Assembly (NCBI RefSeq): GCF_963921235.1
Contig: NC_086097.1
Coordinates: forward strand, 125,118,001-125,182,000
Direction: 5' to 3'
Origin: Mobula hypostoma
Lineage: Eukaryota
Length of the DNA: 64,000 nucleotides
Shown: positions 37,121 through 51,194 of the stretch, in pieces
Layout: each line of letters begins with the position of its first letter
Numbering within the stretch: the first letter of the stretch is position 1
Translations under genes and position numbers: made by a program
Notes under the pieces: generated by a model
Seen by the model: only the letters and a program-made list of their open reading frames with translations
Databases searched by the model: none
What the model was told of the DNA's origin: nothing

Positions 37121-37687
37121 AGATCAAAGTTGCTGGTGAATGCAGCAGGCCAGGCAGCACCTCTAGGAAGAGGTACAGTCGACGTTTCAGGCCGAGACCC
37201 TTCTTCACGACTAACTGAGAGAAGAGCTAGTAAGAGATTTGCAAGTGGGAGGGGGAGGGAGAGATCCAAAATGATAGGAGAAGACAGGAGGGGGAGGGAT
37301 GGAGCCAAGAGCTGGACAGGTGATTGGCAAAAGGGATATGAGAGGATCATGGGACAGGAGGAACAGGGAGAAGGAAAAGGGGGAGGGGGGGAACCCAGAG
37401 GATGGGCAAGGGGTATAGTGAGAGGGACAGAGGGAGAAAAAGGAGAGTGAGAGAAAGAATGTGTGTATAAAAATAAATAACAGATGGGGTACGAGGGGGA
37501 GGTGGGGCATTAGCAGAAGTTAGAGGCCAATGTTCATGCCATCAGGTTGGAGGCTACCCAGATGGAATATAAGGTGTTGTACTTCCAACCTGAGTGTGGC
37601 TTCATCTTTACAGTAGAGGAGGCCGTGGATAGACATGTCAGAATGGGAATGGGATGTGGAATTAAAATGTGTGGCCACTGGGAGATT
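37121..37687 (-). mobile_element. Penelope-like element 3' end
   Basis: ORF 37520..37708 (LPVATHFNSTSHSHSDMSIHGLLYCKDEATLRLEVQHL); closely similar to 33302-33870; possible TSD caaacac at 37114-37120 and 37688-37694. Confidence 0.88.
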
Positions 37688-40149
37688 CAAACACGGCACA
37701 AGGGACATATAGCAGATATAAGATAGGAGTTACCATACAGTTACTCAAAAACAATCATAAATCCTCCGGTCAAGATGATGCCAACATACAATGCTCCCTC
37801 GGTCGACACCTTCCAAATAGCCCACAAAAATGTCGCTTTTACTTCTCTACATCTATTTTTCACTTTAAATGTGTTTCTAGGACTGCTAGAGCCTACAATT
37901 TACAGTTTGCATATTATTAGAGTGATCCAGCACTTTACTCTCTCTGAGAAGATTCCAGGAAGTGAGCGTGTACCCAGACAGCCTTGAAGCAAAGAAACTT
38001 TGGGACAGGCGTAAGCCAATGTTTGACCTCATTTCGCCGATTAAAGCATCGAGGAAAATTGAGAATGTGGAAATTGAGCAAGTTTCAGCGCCAGCTGCCT
38101 GTCTTTTGTTCGCTGCCGGAGATGGAGCCTGTGATCAGCTTATCACTGTGCGGGTAGGCCTCTCTGCTGTGTGATGTCCCTCTTTTTCAGTGAATGTAGG
38201 TGAGGTCGTCAAATGGTATTGTGATTCTGCGCTTGTGAATTGGACTATTGTGTCTATGGACTGTGGACTTTTTCACACTTACGGTTTTTATATTCCATGT
38301 GTTTTTGTTGCCTGCTCCTTTTCTGTTTTGTTGTGTGAGGGGAGGCTGTTTGGGACTTGATTTACTGTGAGTGTTTTTGTGCAGAAGAAGGGTTGTTTTT
38401 TGTGGGTTGATGTTCCTGTTCCTGTTTTGTGGGGGGGGGGGCAGGAGGGGGGTTTTGGGGTTGATGATTGGGATGCCATTTGGGGGTGGGGGGTGGGGTT
38501 GATGTTTCTCTCTGAATGACTTTCATGTTCTTTCTTTGTTTCATGGCTATCTGGGGAAGACAAATTTCAGACAAATCATTGTATATGGATATATGCTTTG
38601 ATAATAAATGAACCTTTGATATTCCAAGTCCCTGAGTCCCTGGCAAGAACAAGCCCACATCAAATGCAATCCAGCTTGTCTTCCACCGAGCAAACACTGG
38701 AGAGCAGTACTGACCTGACACCAGCATGGACACCGTGCCACACTATCGCGAGCGTCAGCTCTCCTGAGCGGCTGCAACAACAGGCAACACCGCATCATGA
38801 GGCCCAGTCTGTCCTACAACCGAGGCTATGCAGCTCCCCCACACCCCCCCTCAATCCACCAATAAACCAATGAACCAGATTTGCAGCATTCTACATTACC
38901 AATGTCTAACGGAGTCTTGCGATTACAAGAAAAATGACCAAGACAATCACTCGCTATTAGGCTGCACACCACCTTCATGCACCAACTCCCTTGTCGCCTC
39001 TCTCTAGCAGGCAACAACAGGGTCTGCACCAACTCCAGCTCCTGCAACAAAGAGCAACTTGCTGACGGGAGTAGAGTTGCAGTACTTGAAGTTCTTACTG
39101 TCCGTAGTGTCTTGCAATTGTAAAAATGACATTTAAAGCAGACAGTAACACCCTTCGGTTGGCCTCGTAATAGCCACCGCGTCCAACCTTGCCACCATCT
39201 TACCTGCATCAGGCTTGGAGATGCCAGAAATGGCCAGAAGTGAAAATGAAATGATTACACTACTTCAATAAGTTAGGAACTATGAAAATTTTTAAGGTAT
39301 TGCCAATGATATTAAATGTTATAATGAAAATGAAGATTTGAAGGGTGCAAGTGCTGTATGAAGGCAGTCAATTATCTGCACTGATTCTGCTCATTTAATC
39401 AATCAAAAGAACATGGCTGTGTACACTGGATGAACAACTTCAGATAATTGGGCCAAATGTACTGGTCCTGATGTCTCCCAATTAACCAGAATCCACTGCA
39501 CTATATATAGCAAAGGCACATAAAGATTGTAAAAGGAAGGAAAAACAAGATAGTGGTCTTGAGTTCATGGGCCATTCGGAAATTTGATGGTGGAGGAGAA
39601 GAAGCTGTTTTATATTGTTGAGCGTGGATCTTCAGACTCCTGTACCTCTTCGCCAATGGTCCTAGTAAGAATAGGGCATTTTCTAGATGGTGAGGATCCT
39701 TAGTGATGGATGCTGTCTTCTTCAATGACAATCTCGTGAAGCCGTTCTCAGTAGCAGGAAGGTTGAGCCCGTGATGAAGGTGGCTGCTCTACAACCCTCA
39801 GCAGACTCGTGCGATCCTGTGCATTGGAGCTTCCATACCAGATGATGATACAACCATTGTCTTTAAAGCATAACGTCATAAGATATAAGAGCAGAATTAG
39901 GCTATTTGGCCCATCAAGTCTACTCCACTATTTCGTCATGGCTGATCCATTTTTCCTCTCAGCCCCAATCTCCTGTCTTCTCCCCGTATCCCTTCATTCC
40001 ATGAGCAATCAAGAACCTACCATCTTCTGCCTTAAATATACGTAAACCTTTCAACAGAATGCGTGCGCCTAAAGTTTACCATTCTCTGTCTTATTACACT
40101 ACAAATGCAAGCTGACCTGTGTGTACCTCCTGCATTAAAACATGTTCCT

Positions 40150-40770
40150 TCTCCAAGGATTGCCGCCTTGTCCTGATGGAGAGGCTTGTAAGTTCCTGGG
40201 ATCCTGAGAGCCTCATGGCCTTGGTTCCTGATTGGGTCTCCCATGGTGATGAGGTCAAGGGGGAGATTCGAGTCAGGAAGTGATCCAACCAACTCCTCAA
40301 CAGTGTTTCTGGTTTCTAATAACTCCTTTTTTTTATTGCTATTTTGTGCGATTCTGTTTGGGATGGCTGCAGATAATGGTGCTAGACTGAACTAGAACTG
40401 AGCTGAAACTGAATATGCCTGGGCTCTCACGATGACTTTTGTGGGGTGGTGTTTTATATTCTGTGTGTGTTTTTTAGCTGTTTGCACATTTGTTTTTTTG
40501 TTTTTGCCCAAGGTGGTGGTGGAGGTGGGGGGAGGTTAAGTTTTTCTTTGAATGGGTTCCATGGTTTTCCTTTGCCTCATGACTGTCTGTGGGAGAAGCA
40601 TGTATGTATACTGCATACATACTTTGATAATAAATGTACTTTGAACAGTGGAGCTGGCGGAAGATGATGACACATCAGAATGGTGCAGGAAGGCCGCAGC
40701 AGTGAAGGGTCCCCAGTCATCTTGCCCACTCCCCACTCCATACCACTGGACCCTGACTCCGATCTGTCAA
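40150..40770 (+). mobile_element. RTE 5'-UTR-like repeat, interrupted at ~40305-40645; second copy at ~59715-59990 (-)
   Basis: The head ggattgccgccttgtcctgatggagaggcttg resembles RTE-clade 5' ends; 40648-40760 matches the reverse complement of 59725-59840. Confidence 0.45.
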
Positions 40771-41371
40771 GGACCATGTGGCAACTGCCCGAGCATCAGC
40801 CTCCCACATTCATCAAAGTCACGGGCAGGCAGCCTCCATCAAGAGTAACCCCTTGGGAGAACAGTATAATCGACTCAGGTAACCACATTACTAACTCATT
40901 TCCATCATTTCTGGATTTTCCTACTTCCATGTGACCGCTCCGTCATGAAAGGGAGCTTCAGATTCAGGATAGTTTATCGTCACTCTTCAGTACACGAGTG
41001 TAAAGGAGAACAAAATGATCCTTTCTCCAGATCCGATGAAGCACAAAGACACATTAAGCATAAAAAATATAATAACAGGCAAAAACAATAAATATACTCT
41101 ATAAATATAGAAATATTTAAATATAAATATCAAAGCAATACTATAAACACAATGTACAAGTATCTGATATATACATAGAACATTCTATGTACATGAAGTG
41201 ACGCTAGGTGATGTGTATGTAGTGGTGGGCTGGGTTAATGGGTGAAGGTGTTGTGCAGCCTAACGGATTGGGAGAAGTAATTGTTTTTGAGTCTATTGAT
41301 GCTGCTTAGTCTCTTCCCTGATGGGAGTGGGACAAATAGTCCATGAGTAGAGTTGGTGGGATCCATAACAC

Positions 41372-42785
41372 TTTAAGGCATAAGAGCAGAATTAGGCCAT
41401 TTGGTCCATCAAGTCTGCTCCATCATTCAATCATGGCTGATTCATTATCTCTCTCAATCCCATGCTCCCGTCTTCTGCCTGTAATCCTTGGTGCCCTAGC
41501 TAATTAAGAACCTATCAGTCTCCGCTTTAAATATAACCAATGACCTGGCTTCCACAGTTGTCTGTGGCAATGTAATCCACAGACTCCCCCCCCCTTCTGG
41601 CTAAAGAAATTCCTCCTCATTTCTGTTCTAATTGGGCATCACTCTATTTTGAGGTTGTGCCTACTACAGGAAACATCCTCTCCACATTCACTCTATCCAG
41701 GCCTTTCAATATTCTTAGGTTTCAATGAGATCCCCCCAATTCTTCAAAACTCCAGCAAGTACAGACTCAGAGCCATCAAATGCTCCTAACATATTAACCC
41801 TTTTATTCCCAGGATTATTCTCGTGAACCTCCTCTGGACACTCCCCAATGCCCGCACATCCTTTTTTAGATAAAGGACCCAAAACTGGTCATATTACCCC
41901 AAGTGCAGTTTGACCAATGCCATAAATCCTCAGTATAAAATCCTTGCTTTTATATTCTAGTCCTCTTAAAATGAATGCTAACATTGCATTTGCTTTTCTT
42001 ACCACTGACTCAACCTACAAGTTAACCTTTAGGGAATCCTAGACAAAGACTCTCAAGTCCCTTTGCACATCTGATTACTGAATTTTCTCCACATTTAGAA
42101 AATAGTGTATGCCTTTATTCCTTCTACCAAAGTGCATAACCACACAACTTCCCTACACTACATTCCACCTGGTACTTCTTTGCCCATTCACCTAATCTGT
42201 CTAAATCCTTCTGCAGATGCCCTGCTCCTTCAGCACTACCTGCCCCTTCACCTATCTTCGTATTGTCTGCAAACTTGGCCAAACAGTTTGGATGGCATGA
42301 TGGCGTGGCAGTTAGCATAACACTATTACAGCGCCAGCGACTTGGGCTCTGTCCCCGCTGAGGAGTTTATTCATTCTCCCCATGACCGTATGGGTTTGCT
42401 TTGGGGGCTCCAGCTCCCAAATCCCAAAGATGTACAAATTAGTAGATTAATTGGTCACATGGGGGTAATTGGCCTCATTGGGCCATAAGAGCCTGTTACT
42501 TTGTTGTATCTCTAAAAAAAAAGCTATCAATTCTGTCATCCAAATCTATGTGAAATATATGACATATAATGTGAAAAGAAGCAGTCCCAATACCAAGGCC
42601 TTTGGAACACCACTAGTCACCAGCAGCCAACCAGAAAATAGCTCCTCTATTCCCACTCTTTGCTTCCTGCCTGTCAATCAATCTTCTATCCATGCTAGTA
42701 TCTTTCTTGTAATACCATGGTCTCTTCATTGCTTAACACCCATATGTGCGGAATCTTGTCAAAGGCCTTCTGAAAATCCAGGCAA
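41372..42785 (-). mobile_element. Degenerate CR1 (RT to 3' UTR) interrupted by a SINE at ~42285-42520
   Basis: AKFADNTKIG...LQKDLDRLGEWAKK; colinear with 4265-5450. Confidence 0.85.
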
Positions 42786-44407
42786 AATCCTTCATAGTAT
42801 TGCTTCTTGATATTTTGTCCAATTGCTTCAAATTAAAGCACCCTCAAGTATAGTTTCCAGTTTAGAATCAGTGTGGGTTTGGAAGTGTTGCAATGTGTTT
42901 TCTTGGAACCCTGTATTTGTATGAAAACCTTACCAGTGAGCACTAGCAGGTAATTCAACTTTGACTAAGTATTGACAAAAGGTTTAAAGTAAATAAACTC
43001 AGCAGTTATTGAGCTGCCCGCAATCGTATCATACTTGAGGAATGATAAGAAGAAAGTAAAAGTTCAAATGATTCTTTAACACACACAAAATACTGAAGGA
43101 TCCCAGCAGGTCAGGCAATGTCTGTGGAGAGGAATAAACAGCATTCAAATCAATAAAACATTTCCAGCATCTGCAGAATCTCTTGTGTTTATATATTTAT
43201 AACCTCATTCTATTTCACAATACTCCAAGTACTTCAAGTGCTGATTTATCCAGAGCCATTTTCAATTCCCATCCTGGCAACTGAGAATTCAAGTAACTAA
43301 ATTTAAAAATTGTAAACGTGTTTCAGCAGTAATAACCAAGTAACTACTTGATTGTTTCAAAACCCTTCAAACTCACCTCAACTCTGAACTGATTCCACAA
43401 TCTATAGACTCACATTCAAGGACTCTTTCAACAACTCATGCTCTCAGTATTATTAGTACAAAGTGGCTGCTTTTAAGGTGCCAGTAAACCCACCTATGCT
43501 CCTGTCAGTAGAAATGGTTCCGTATATATGGATATAGATAGATATTTGTTATTTGCACACTTTGTATTCACTTGCACATTGGTATGTATAGTGGATTCTG
43601 GTTAATTGGGACACATCAGGACCATTACATTTTGGCCCAATTAAGTAACTGCCCCAATAAGCCAAAGTTTCATGGGAATAGCTGAAAAGACACAACAAAA
43701 AAAGAAAATGAGTAACAAATTATATATTTAAATCAAGTACAGAACAAATTAAAACACTACCAATACAACTACAGTACTATAAAATCTGTATATACTTATT
43801 GATGAAGGAATTTATCCGTGTCGTGTTCTTTTGACAGTAAATGAACAAGATCAGCACAGACATCTAGTGCAGATAGCAGACTGCCTTCATACAATGCTGT
43901 CGAAGAGTGCATCCTCCAAATCTTTATTTTCATTGTAACGTTCAAGATGATTGTCAATAATTTCAAATTCTTCATAGTTCCTAACTTGTTGAAGTAGTGA
44001 AATTGTTTCATCGTCACTCCCAGCTGTTTCTGACATCTTCAAACCTCAATGCTTTAAACTGCAGTGTGCAAAACAGTTCTGAATTGTCTTTCTGTTTATT
44101 TCTCACCATCTATCGGCTGGTGGGTAAACTATAGATTTTGTATAACAATTCTAATTAGACTGCAGTTCAAACCTGGTTTTCACACTGTCATCGGAAATTT
44201 GTGTTTACACAGAGGGTGATCGGTTCTGGTTACCAAGCTTCTTGAGGAATGTAGATGCAAGAGAGGATGCAGAGGCAACTTAGCATGATGGGTCCCGGGT
44301 TGAATGATTTCAGTTCTAAAGTTAGTCCAGAGAAGCTGAAATAGAATAAAGAGGTTAAAAGGAGATTAGATCCGAATTAGAAGCAGAATCAGGTTTATTA
44401 TCAACAA

Positions 44408-45343
44408 AGAAGAGAACAACAGGATCCCACCACCATGCACATAACTTTCGCCTTCTCTAATGGGATTCCACCACCAACTCATCTTTCCCTCCCCTGCACT
44501 TTCCGCTTTCCACAGGGATTGCTCCCTATGCGACTCCCTTGTCCATTTGTCTCTTCCCATGGATCTCCCTCCTGGTACTTACCCTTGCAAGCAGAACAAG
44601 TGCTACACCTCCTCCCTCACTACAATTCAGGGCCCCAAACAGTCCTTCCTGGTAAGATGACACTTCACCTGTGAGTCTATCGGAGTCATCTACTGTATCT
44701 AGTGCTCCCTGTGTGGCCCGCAGTATAGCACTGAGACCCGACGTAGGATGGGAGTCTGCTTAGCTGAGCACCTATGCTCCACCAGAAACAGTGGGACCTC
44801 CCAATGGCCACGCATTTCAATTCTACTTCCCATTCCTATTCTGAAGTGTCAGTCCATGGCTTTCTCTACTGCTGTGATGAGTCCACGCTCAGGTTTTAGA
44901 AGAAACACCTTATATTCCATCTGGGCAGCCTTCAACCTAATGGAATGAACAACAATTTTTTGAACTTCTGGTAATCCTCCCCCACTCCCTTCACCATTTC
45001 TCTGTCTCACCTTCTCTCCTTACCTGCCCATCACCTCCCTCTAGTGCTCCTCCCCCTTCCCTTCCTTCCATGGCCTTCCGTCCTCTCCTATCAGATTCCC
45101 CTTCTCCAGCCCTTTATCTCTTTCGCTGTCTTCTCAGCTCTTTACTTCACCCTGTCCTCCCTGTTTCACCTATCACCTTCTACCTTGTATTTCTTCCTCT
45201 TCTCCCCCCACCTTCTTACTGTAACTTCTCATCTCTTCTTTCCAGTCCTGAAGAAGGTTCTTGGCCCAAAAAGTCGACTGTTTACTCTTTTCCATAGATG
45301 CTGCCTGGCCTGCTGAGTTCCTCCAGCATTTTTGTGTGTATTA
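44408..45343 (+). mobile_element. Penelope-like element (linker, GIY-YIG endonuclease remnant, terminal repeat) with 14-bp TSD
   Basis: PPGTYPCKQNKCYT and GVIYCI*CSLCGPQYSTETRRR; decayed hammerhead at ~45243-45280; TSD tttattatcaacaa at 44394-44407 and 45344-45357. Confidence 0.88.
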
Positions 45344-45353
45344 TTTATTATCA

Positions 45354-45557
45354 ACAACACCAGAGATTCTGCAGATGCTAGGTATCCAGAGTAACACATA
45401 CAAAATGCTGGAGGAATACAGTTGAAGTTTCATGCGGAGACCCTTCATCATGAGTGCTGATGAAGTGCCTTGGCCTGAAACGTTGAATGTCTGTTCATTT
45501 CCTTAGATGCTGCCTGACCTGCTGAGTTCCTCCGGCATTTTGTGTGTGTTACACAGA
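45354..45557. mobile_element. Palindromic Penelope-derived mini-element with 10-bp TSD
   Basis: gtaacacatacaaaatgctggaggaa is inverted against ttcctccggcattttgtgtgtgttac; hammerhead core ctgatga...gaaacgtt at ~45457-45484; flanked by tttattatca. Confidence 0.75.
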
Positions 45558-46359
45558 TTTATTATCACTGGCATACAGTATCTCATGAAATATATTGCTT
45601 TGCAGCAGCACTACAGTGCAATACATAAAACATTACTACAAATGTATAAATATAATAAGAAGTGTTTATAAAATAAATAGGTAGTGCAAAAGAGATCAAA
45701 GTACTGAGGTAGTGTTCATGGATTCGTGGACTGGTCAAAAATCTGATGGTGGAGCGGGAAAAAACGTTTCTAAAACATTGAGTGTGTGTCTTCAGGCTCC
45801 TTTACCCCCTCCGTGATGGTAGTAATGGGAAGAGGGCATGTTTTGGATGATGAGGGTCCTTAATGATGGATGCCACTTTCTTGAAGCATTGCCTTTTGAA
45901 GATGTCCTCAGCGGTGCGGAGGCTTGTGTCTGTGAAGAACCTATGGCTCCTCTGCAGCTGTTTCTAATCGTGTGCATTGGCACCTCCACACCAGACGGTG
46001 ATGCAACCAGTCAAAAGGAGATGAGAACAGGATGATTTTAGATAAAAAGATAGATTTTTTTTAATAGATGGCCTGCAGTCCGGGGATAGAGTCTAATAGT
46101 ATGAATATTGAATCTTAAACACAAGAACATCTGCAGATGCAGGAAATCCAAAGCACATGTGTTGCTTTGAATATTAAATTTTCAGGTTTCAGATAACCTT
46201 CACCCTCTGTTCTCTCTCCTTCTGATCCACCCACCCTTGGTCCTGTTGAGTGTCTGGACATTGATGACACAACCCTTTCCCCTTCTGAGCATCAGAAGAT
46301 AGGGAACTTAGTGACGGCTGTGCCATTAAGCATCAAAGGGGGATGGCTGATGTGAATAT

Positions 46360-46893
46360 ACACTCATTACAACTTATTAGGTACACCTGTACACCTGCTC
46401 GTTAATGCAAATACCTATTCAGCTAATCACGTGGCAGCAAGACAAAGTGTAAAAGTATGCAGATATGGTTAAGTGTTCAGACCAAATGGGGAAGAAATGG
46501 ATCTTAGTGGCTTTGACTGTAAGAGATTGTTGGTGCCAGATGGGGTGGTTTGAGTATCTCAGAAACTGTCGATCTCCTGGGATTTTCACGCATAGCAGTC
46601 TCCAGAGTTTACAGAGTATAGTTTTAGTTTCTCACACCATGCAGTGAGTTGCAGTTCTGTGGGTGAAAATGCCTTGTTTAATGAGAGATGTCAGAGGAGA
46701 ATTGCCAGATTGGTTCAAGTTGAAAGGAAGGCGACAATAACTCAAATAACCATGCGTTACAACAGTGGTGTGCAGAAGAGCATCTCTGAACGCCCAGTAC
46801 GTCGAACCTGGAAGTGGATGGGCTGCAGCCGCAGAATATAACAAGCATACACTCAGTGTTCAGGTTACACAAAGTACCTAATAAAGTGGCACT
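46360..46893 (+). mobile_element. Internally deleted Tc1 element (uninterrupted copy)
   Basis: TA then cactcattacaacttattaggtac ... gtacctaataaagtggcactga; ORF has CQRRIARLVQVERKATITQITMRYNSG. Confidence 0.85.
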
Positions 46894-47059
46894 GAAAGGA
46901 CATGGCTTGGCATTTGATTAGTGCAAAGTTTTCTTAAACCTGTCAGCTTGTACTTGTATGTCCAAGTCGCGTAGCGTGTGGGCACAGGCTATTTCCATCA
47001 CCTGAATGGTTGTGATGGGCATAGAACATGTACAATCATCGGTAAACATCACTACTCCT

Positions 47060-48670
47060 GATCCTAAGCAACGTGAGAGCATCCTCCAGGAGGGCAAACC
47101 CACAAGAAGCGCCTGGCCCAGGTGGGACACCTGGCCGAGTACTAAAGACCTGTGCTGATCAGCTGGCTGTAGTGTTCACTTAAATCTGTAACCTCTCACT
47201 TCGGCAGTCACCAGCTTCAAGCAGGTTTCAATTATACCGGTGTCAAAGAAGAACATGGTAACCTGCCTCAATATACTTACATCCACTGTGATGAAGTGCT
47301 TTAAGAAGTTGGTGGTAAAACATATCAACTCCTGCCTGAGAAATGACTCGGATCCATTCCAATTTGCCTACTGTCACAACAGGTTAAGAGCAATGCCATT
47401 TCATTGGTTCTTCACTCAACCCTGGAACATCTGGACAGTGAAGATGTATACAATAGGATGCTTTTCATTGACTATAGCTTGGCATTCAGTGCTATCACCC
47501 CTCAGAACTAATCATCAAGCTTCAAGAGCTTGGCCTCATTACCTTCTTGTGCAACTGGATCCCCGATTTCCTCACTTGAAGACCCCAGTCATTTCAGATT
47601 GGCAACAACGTCTCCTCCACAATCTCCATCAGCACAGGTGCACCAAAAGGCTGTGTGCTTAGCCCCTGCTCTACTCGCTTTATTATGACTGCGAGGCTAA
47701 GTACAGCTCCAATGCCATATTTAAGTTTGCTGATGTCACCACAGCTGCTGGTCAAATCAAAGGTGGTGTCAGATCAGCATATAAAAGCAAGATTGAAGGT
47801 CTGGCTGCCTAGTGCCACAACAACATCTCACACAATGTCAGCTAGACTAAAGAGTTGATCATTGACTTCAGGAGGAGAAAACTGGAGGTCAATGAGCCAG
47901 TCCTCATCAAGGATTCAGAGGTGGAGAGGGTCAGCTACTTTAAATTCCTCTGTATTACCATTTCAGAGGATCCGTCCTGGGCCCAACACGCAATTGCAAT
48001 TTCGAAGGAAGCAATTTCCACTACTTCCTTACAAATTTGTGAAGATTTGGCATGATATCTAAAACTTTGACAAACTTCTATAAAGGTTGGTGGAGAGTAT
48101 ATTGACTGGTTGCATCACAACCTGGTATGGAAGCACCAATGCCCTTGTCTGGAAAATCCTACAGAAAGTAATGGATACGGCCCAGTCTATCACAGATAGA
48201 GACCTCCCTGTCATTGAGCACATCCACATGGAACACTGTCACAGGAAGCAGCAGTCATATCAGGGACACCCACCGCCTAGGTCACGCTCTCTTCTCATTG
48301 CTACCATCAGGAAGAAGGTACAGGAAACTCAGGACCCAGTACCCAGGACCCACAACACCATGTTTGGGAACAGTTATTCCCTCTCAACTATCTTGAGCCA
48401 GAGGGGTAACTTCACTCAACTTCACTGAACTGTTCCCGCAACCTGTGGACTAACTTTTAAGGGCTCTTCATCTCATGTTCTTGATATTTATTGATTATTT
48501 ATTATATTTTTTCTCTTTTGTAATTCCATAGTTTGTCATATTTTGCATATTGGTTGTTTGTTCATCCTGATGGGTACAGCCTCTCATTGATTCTATTGTG
48601 TTTCTTGGATTTACTCAGTATGCCCACAAGAAGACTAATCTCAGGATTGTATATGGTGACTTTGAACTTT
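47060..48670 (+). mobile_element. Degenerate Rex1/Babar-like LINE (RT to 3' UTR); related pieces at ~51800-52225 and ~55935-56290
   Basis: LTSTVMKCFKKLV, DPFQFAY, GAPKGCVLSP, KFAD, ESILTGCITTWYG and HALFSLLPSGRRYR; many frameshifts. Confidence 0.8.
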
Positions 48671-51194
48671 GTGATTTCTCCTCTTCCCCTTTCTCTCTTT
48701 GCTTCATTCCCCATTCTGGATCTCTCTTGCCCTTGCTCTTCTCCTCTCCTGCCTATCCTCTCCCTCTGTTACCCTTCCAGCTTCCCTTTCTCCCTCCGTG
48801 TTTATTTTAAATTGTCTCTCTTTCGTATTAATGGGCAAGTTCCTACCTCACACCGTCCAGATACTCCCCCAAGTGAATCTGGCATTGAAACTGTTCTGAC
48901 ATTTGTTTTGGCAACACTCTGATTCAGAATCACTTTTATCATCATTGACACAGGTCATGAAATTCATTGTTTTGCAGCAGTAGTACACTGCAATATGTAA
49001 AATATACTATGTGAGAAATTAAATCATTACCATGATCATTGTGTGCCATATGAAGAAATTAAATAGCTCGTGCAAAAAGAGAGCAAAAATAATGTGGTAG
49101 TGTGTACGGACAGTTCAGCAATCTGATGGAGGAAGGGAAGAAGCTGTTCCTAAAATATTGAGTGTGCGTCTTCAGGCTCCTAAATCTCCTGCCTGATGGT
49201 AACAATGAGAAGAGGACATATCCTGAGTGGTGGAGGTTCTTAATCATAGATTCTGCCTTCTGGAGGCACTATCTTTTGAAGACGTCCTCGATAGTGGGGA
49301 AGCTGGTGCCCATGGTGCAACTTGCTTCTACATGACGGACCTAATTTTACTTTATCCACTTAAAGCTAGAAGCTCAAAAGTTAGCATAGTCAAATCTGAT
49401 GCATGGTGATCATGGAAATGATGGGGCAGCATGGAAATAAGAGAATGAATAAACAGAAAGGTGACCTTGCTGAGCAGTGACGGATGAAATGCAATTCACT
49501 CTCTACCTTAATGTATAAGGGAATACGAGCAGCTTAATATGGAGCTGTGCAGCATGTTAAACTGAGGATGAAGAAAGACAGCAGGCTTTAGTACACTTTA
49601 GCTAGACTGACAACGTCTAACTAAGGGCTGTATGGCAATCCAGACAGTTAATGGAGCGTAGTTTGAGTACACGTCAAAGGACGGAGTGATTGATCTGTGC
49701 TCTGCTTTGATCAGGCGCACCTTGAGTGCTGTGTCCGATCCTGATTGCCGGACAACAAAGGGGCCATTTTTGCTCCAGACTCAGACCAAGAGATCGACCC
49801 CTTGTCCCAGGGATCTAAATTATGAGAGGAAATTAAGCAAAGGATAAACCTGGAATGTTTTTAAAAATCAGGAATGTTTTAAAATCCTGCTAAAGGATAC
49901 GGCAGCAAAAGAGAATTAAGGAAGATTTTCTCCCTGTCAACATGCGGGGTCCATTTACAATGTTTTATATACAGGGAGAGTGATTAAATTCTGACCTCAG
50001 ACTACCAGACCCGGAATTCAAAGTCCCATGATTGGCAAGTCCTGGGGTCAACAGCGGAAGTGAAAGCCCGAAGGTCGAAGCTCCTGGGTTGACATGTCCT
50101 GAAGGTGGAGGCCCAACATCTGCGAGTCTGTGACTGCAAATTCGGGCACAATGTCTGCTAGTCTGAGAGTTGAGGGCTAAGGACCCTGGAGGCGGCCTGG
50201 CCTGAGGGTGGAGGCTTATCTGTGGGTGTGAGTGGAGAGGAAGGCTGTTTTACTGTTTTGTTTTGTGCCATTGTTGTGTTGTTATTATTACTTGCCTTGT
50301 TCGGCTGAATATGGTGGGCCCACAATGTTGGCGCCAGGAGATTGTGTAGGTTGTCATTGCAAACAGTGCATTCATTCCACTGTATGTTTCAATGTATACA
50401 TGATAAATAAGTGAATCTGATTCAATAAATTTCATGGCTCTACAAGTATTTTTGAACAAATTTATTAAACTAATTGAGCTCACCCATAAGAATTCGAGAT
50501 CTGAAACTTTAGGACAATTAACAGATGATTGGTGGCAGGTTCCGTTTTCATACAACGAGTTCCTTTACAGTCATTGGTGAGCCAACAGTTCAAAGGTTCA
50601 AAGATACAATTTAATGTCAGAGAAATGTATACAATATACATCCTGAAATGCTTTTTCTTTGCAACCATCCATGAAAACAGAGGAGTGCCCCAAAGAATGA
50701 ATGACATTTAAATGTTAGAACCCAAAGTACCCCCTCCAGCTCCCCCCTCCCGCACGTAAGCAGCAGCGACCAACAATCCCCCTCCCCCCACCGGCAAAAA
50801 TAAAGCACACCCGCTACCAGCACTCAAGTGTCAGCAAAGCAATAGCAAGGACACAGACTTGCAGTTACCCCAAAGACTACATTGTTCACCCCATAAACTA
50901 ATGCTGTATTAATATGACACCTGCTTCTTAGATGGCCTCCATGGGACCGAGGATGATTTGCTTCTATTCCAGTTCTCTGGATTCTGAGGTGACTTAAGAG
51001 GCCAGGCAGACTTGATCATAGATGGCACAGGAACTGCTTGCTGGGACGGGTGAGTAGGTCATTTCGGGAACGAGGGATACATTCTCTTTGTTGTCTTTGC
51101 TGGTCGTATCCAAGTGTATCCAATGTATGGACTCAAGGGTCCTCCTCCATTCTGAGTGGTCATGAGCCAAAGAGTCCCAGGAGCCAGTGGGAAA

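Noticed and set aside
49380..49980. Apparently unique sequence
   Set aside because: It contains traces of a very old CR1 (ctgctttgatcaggcgcaccttgagtgctgtgtcc, resembling ALVRPHLEYCV); 53280-53690 looks similar.
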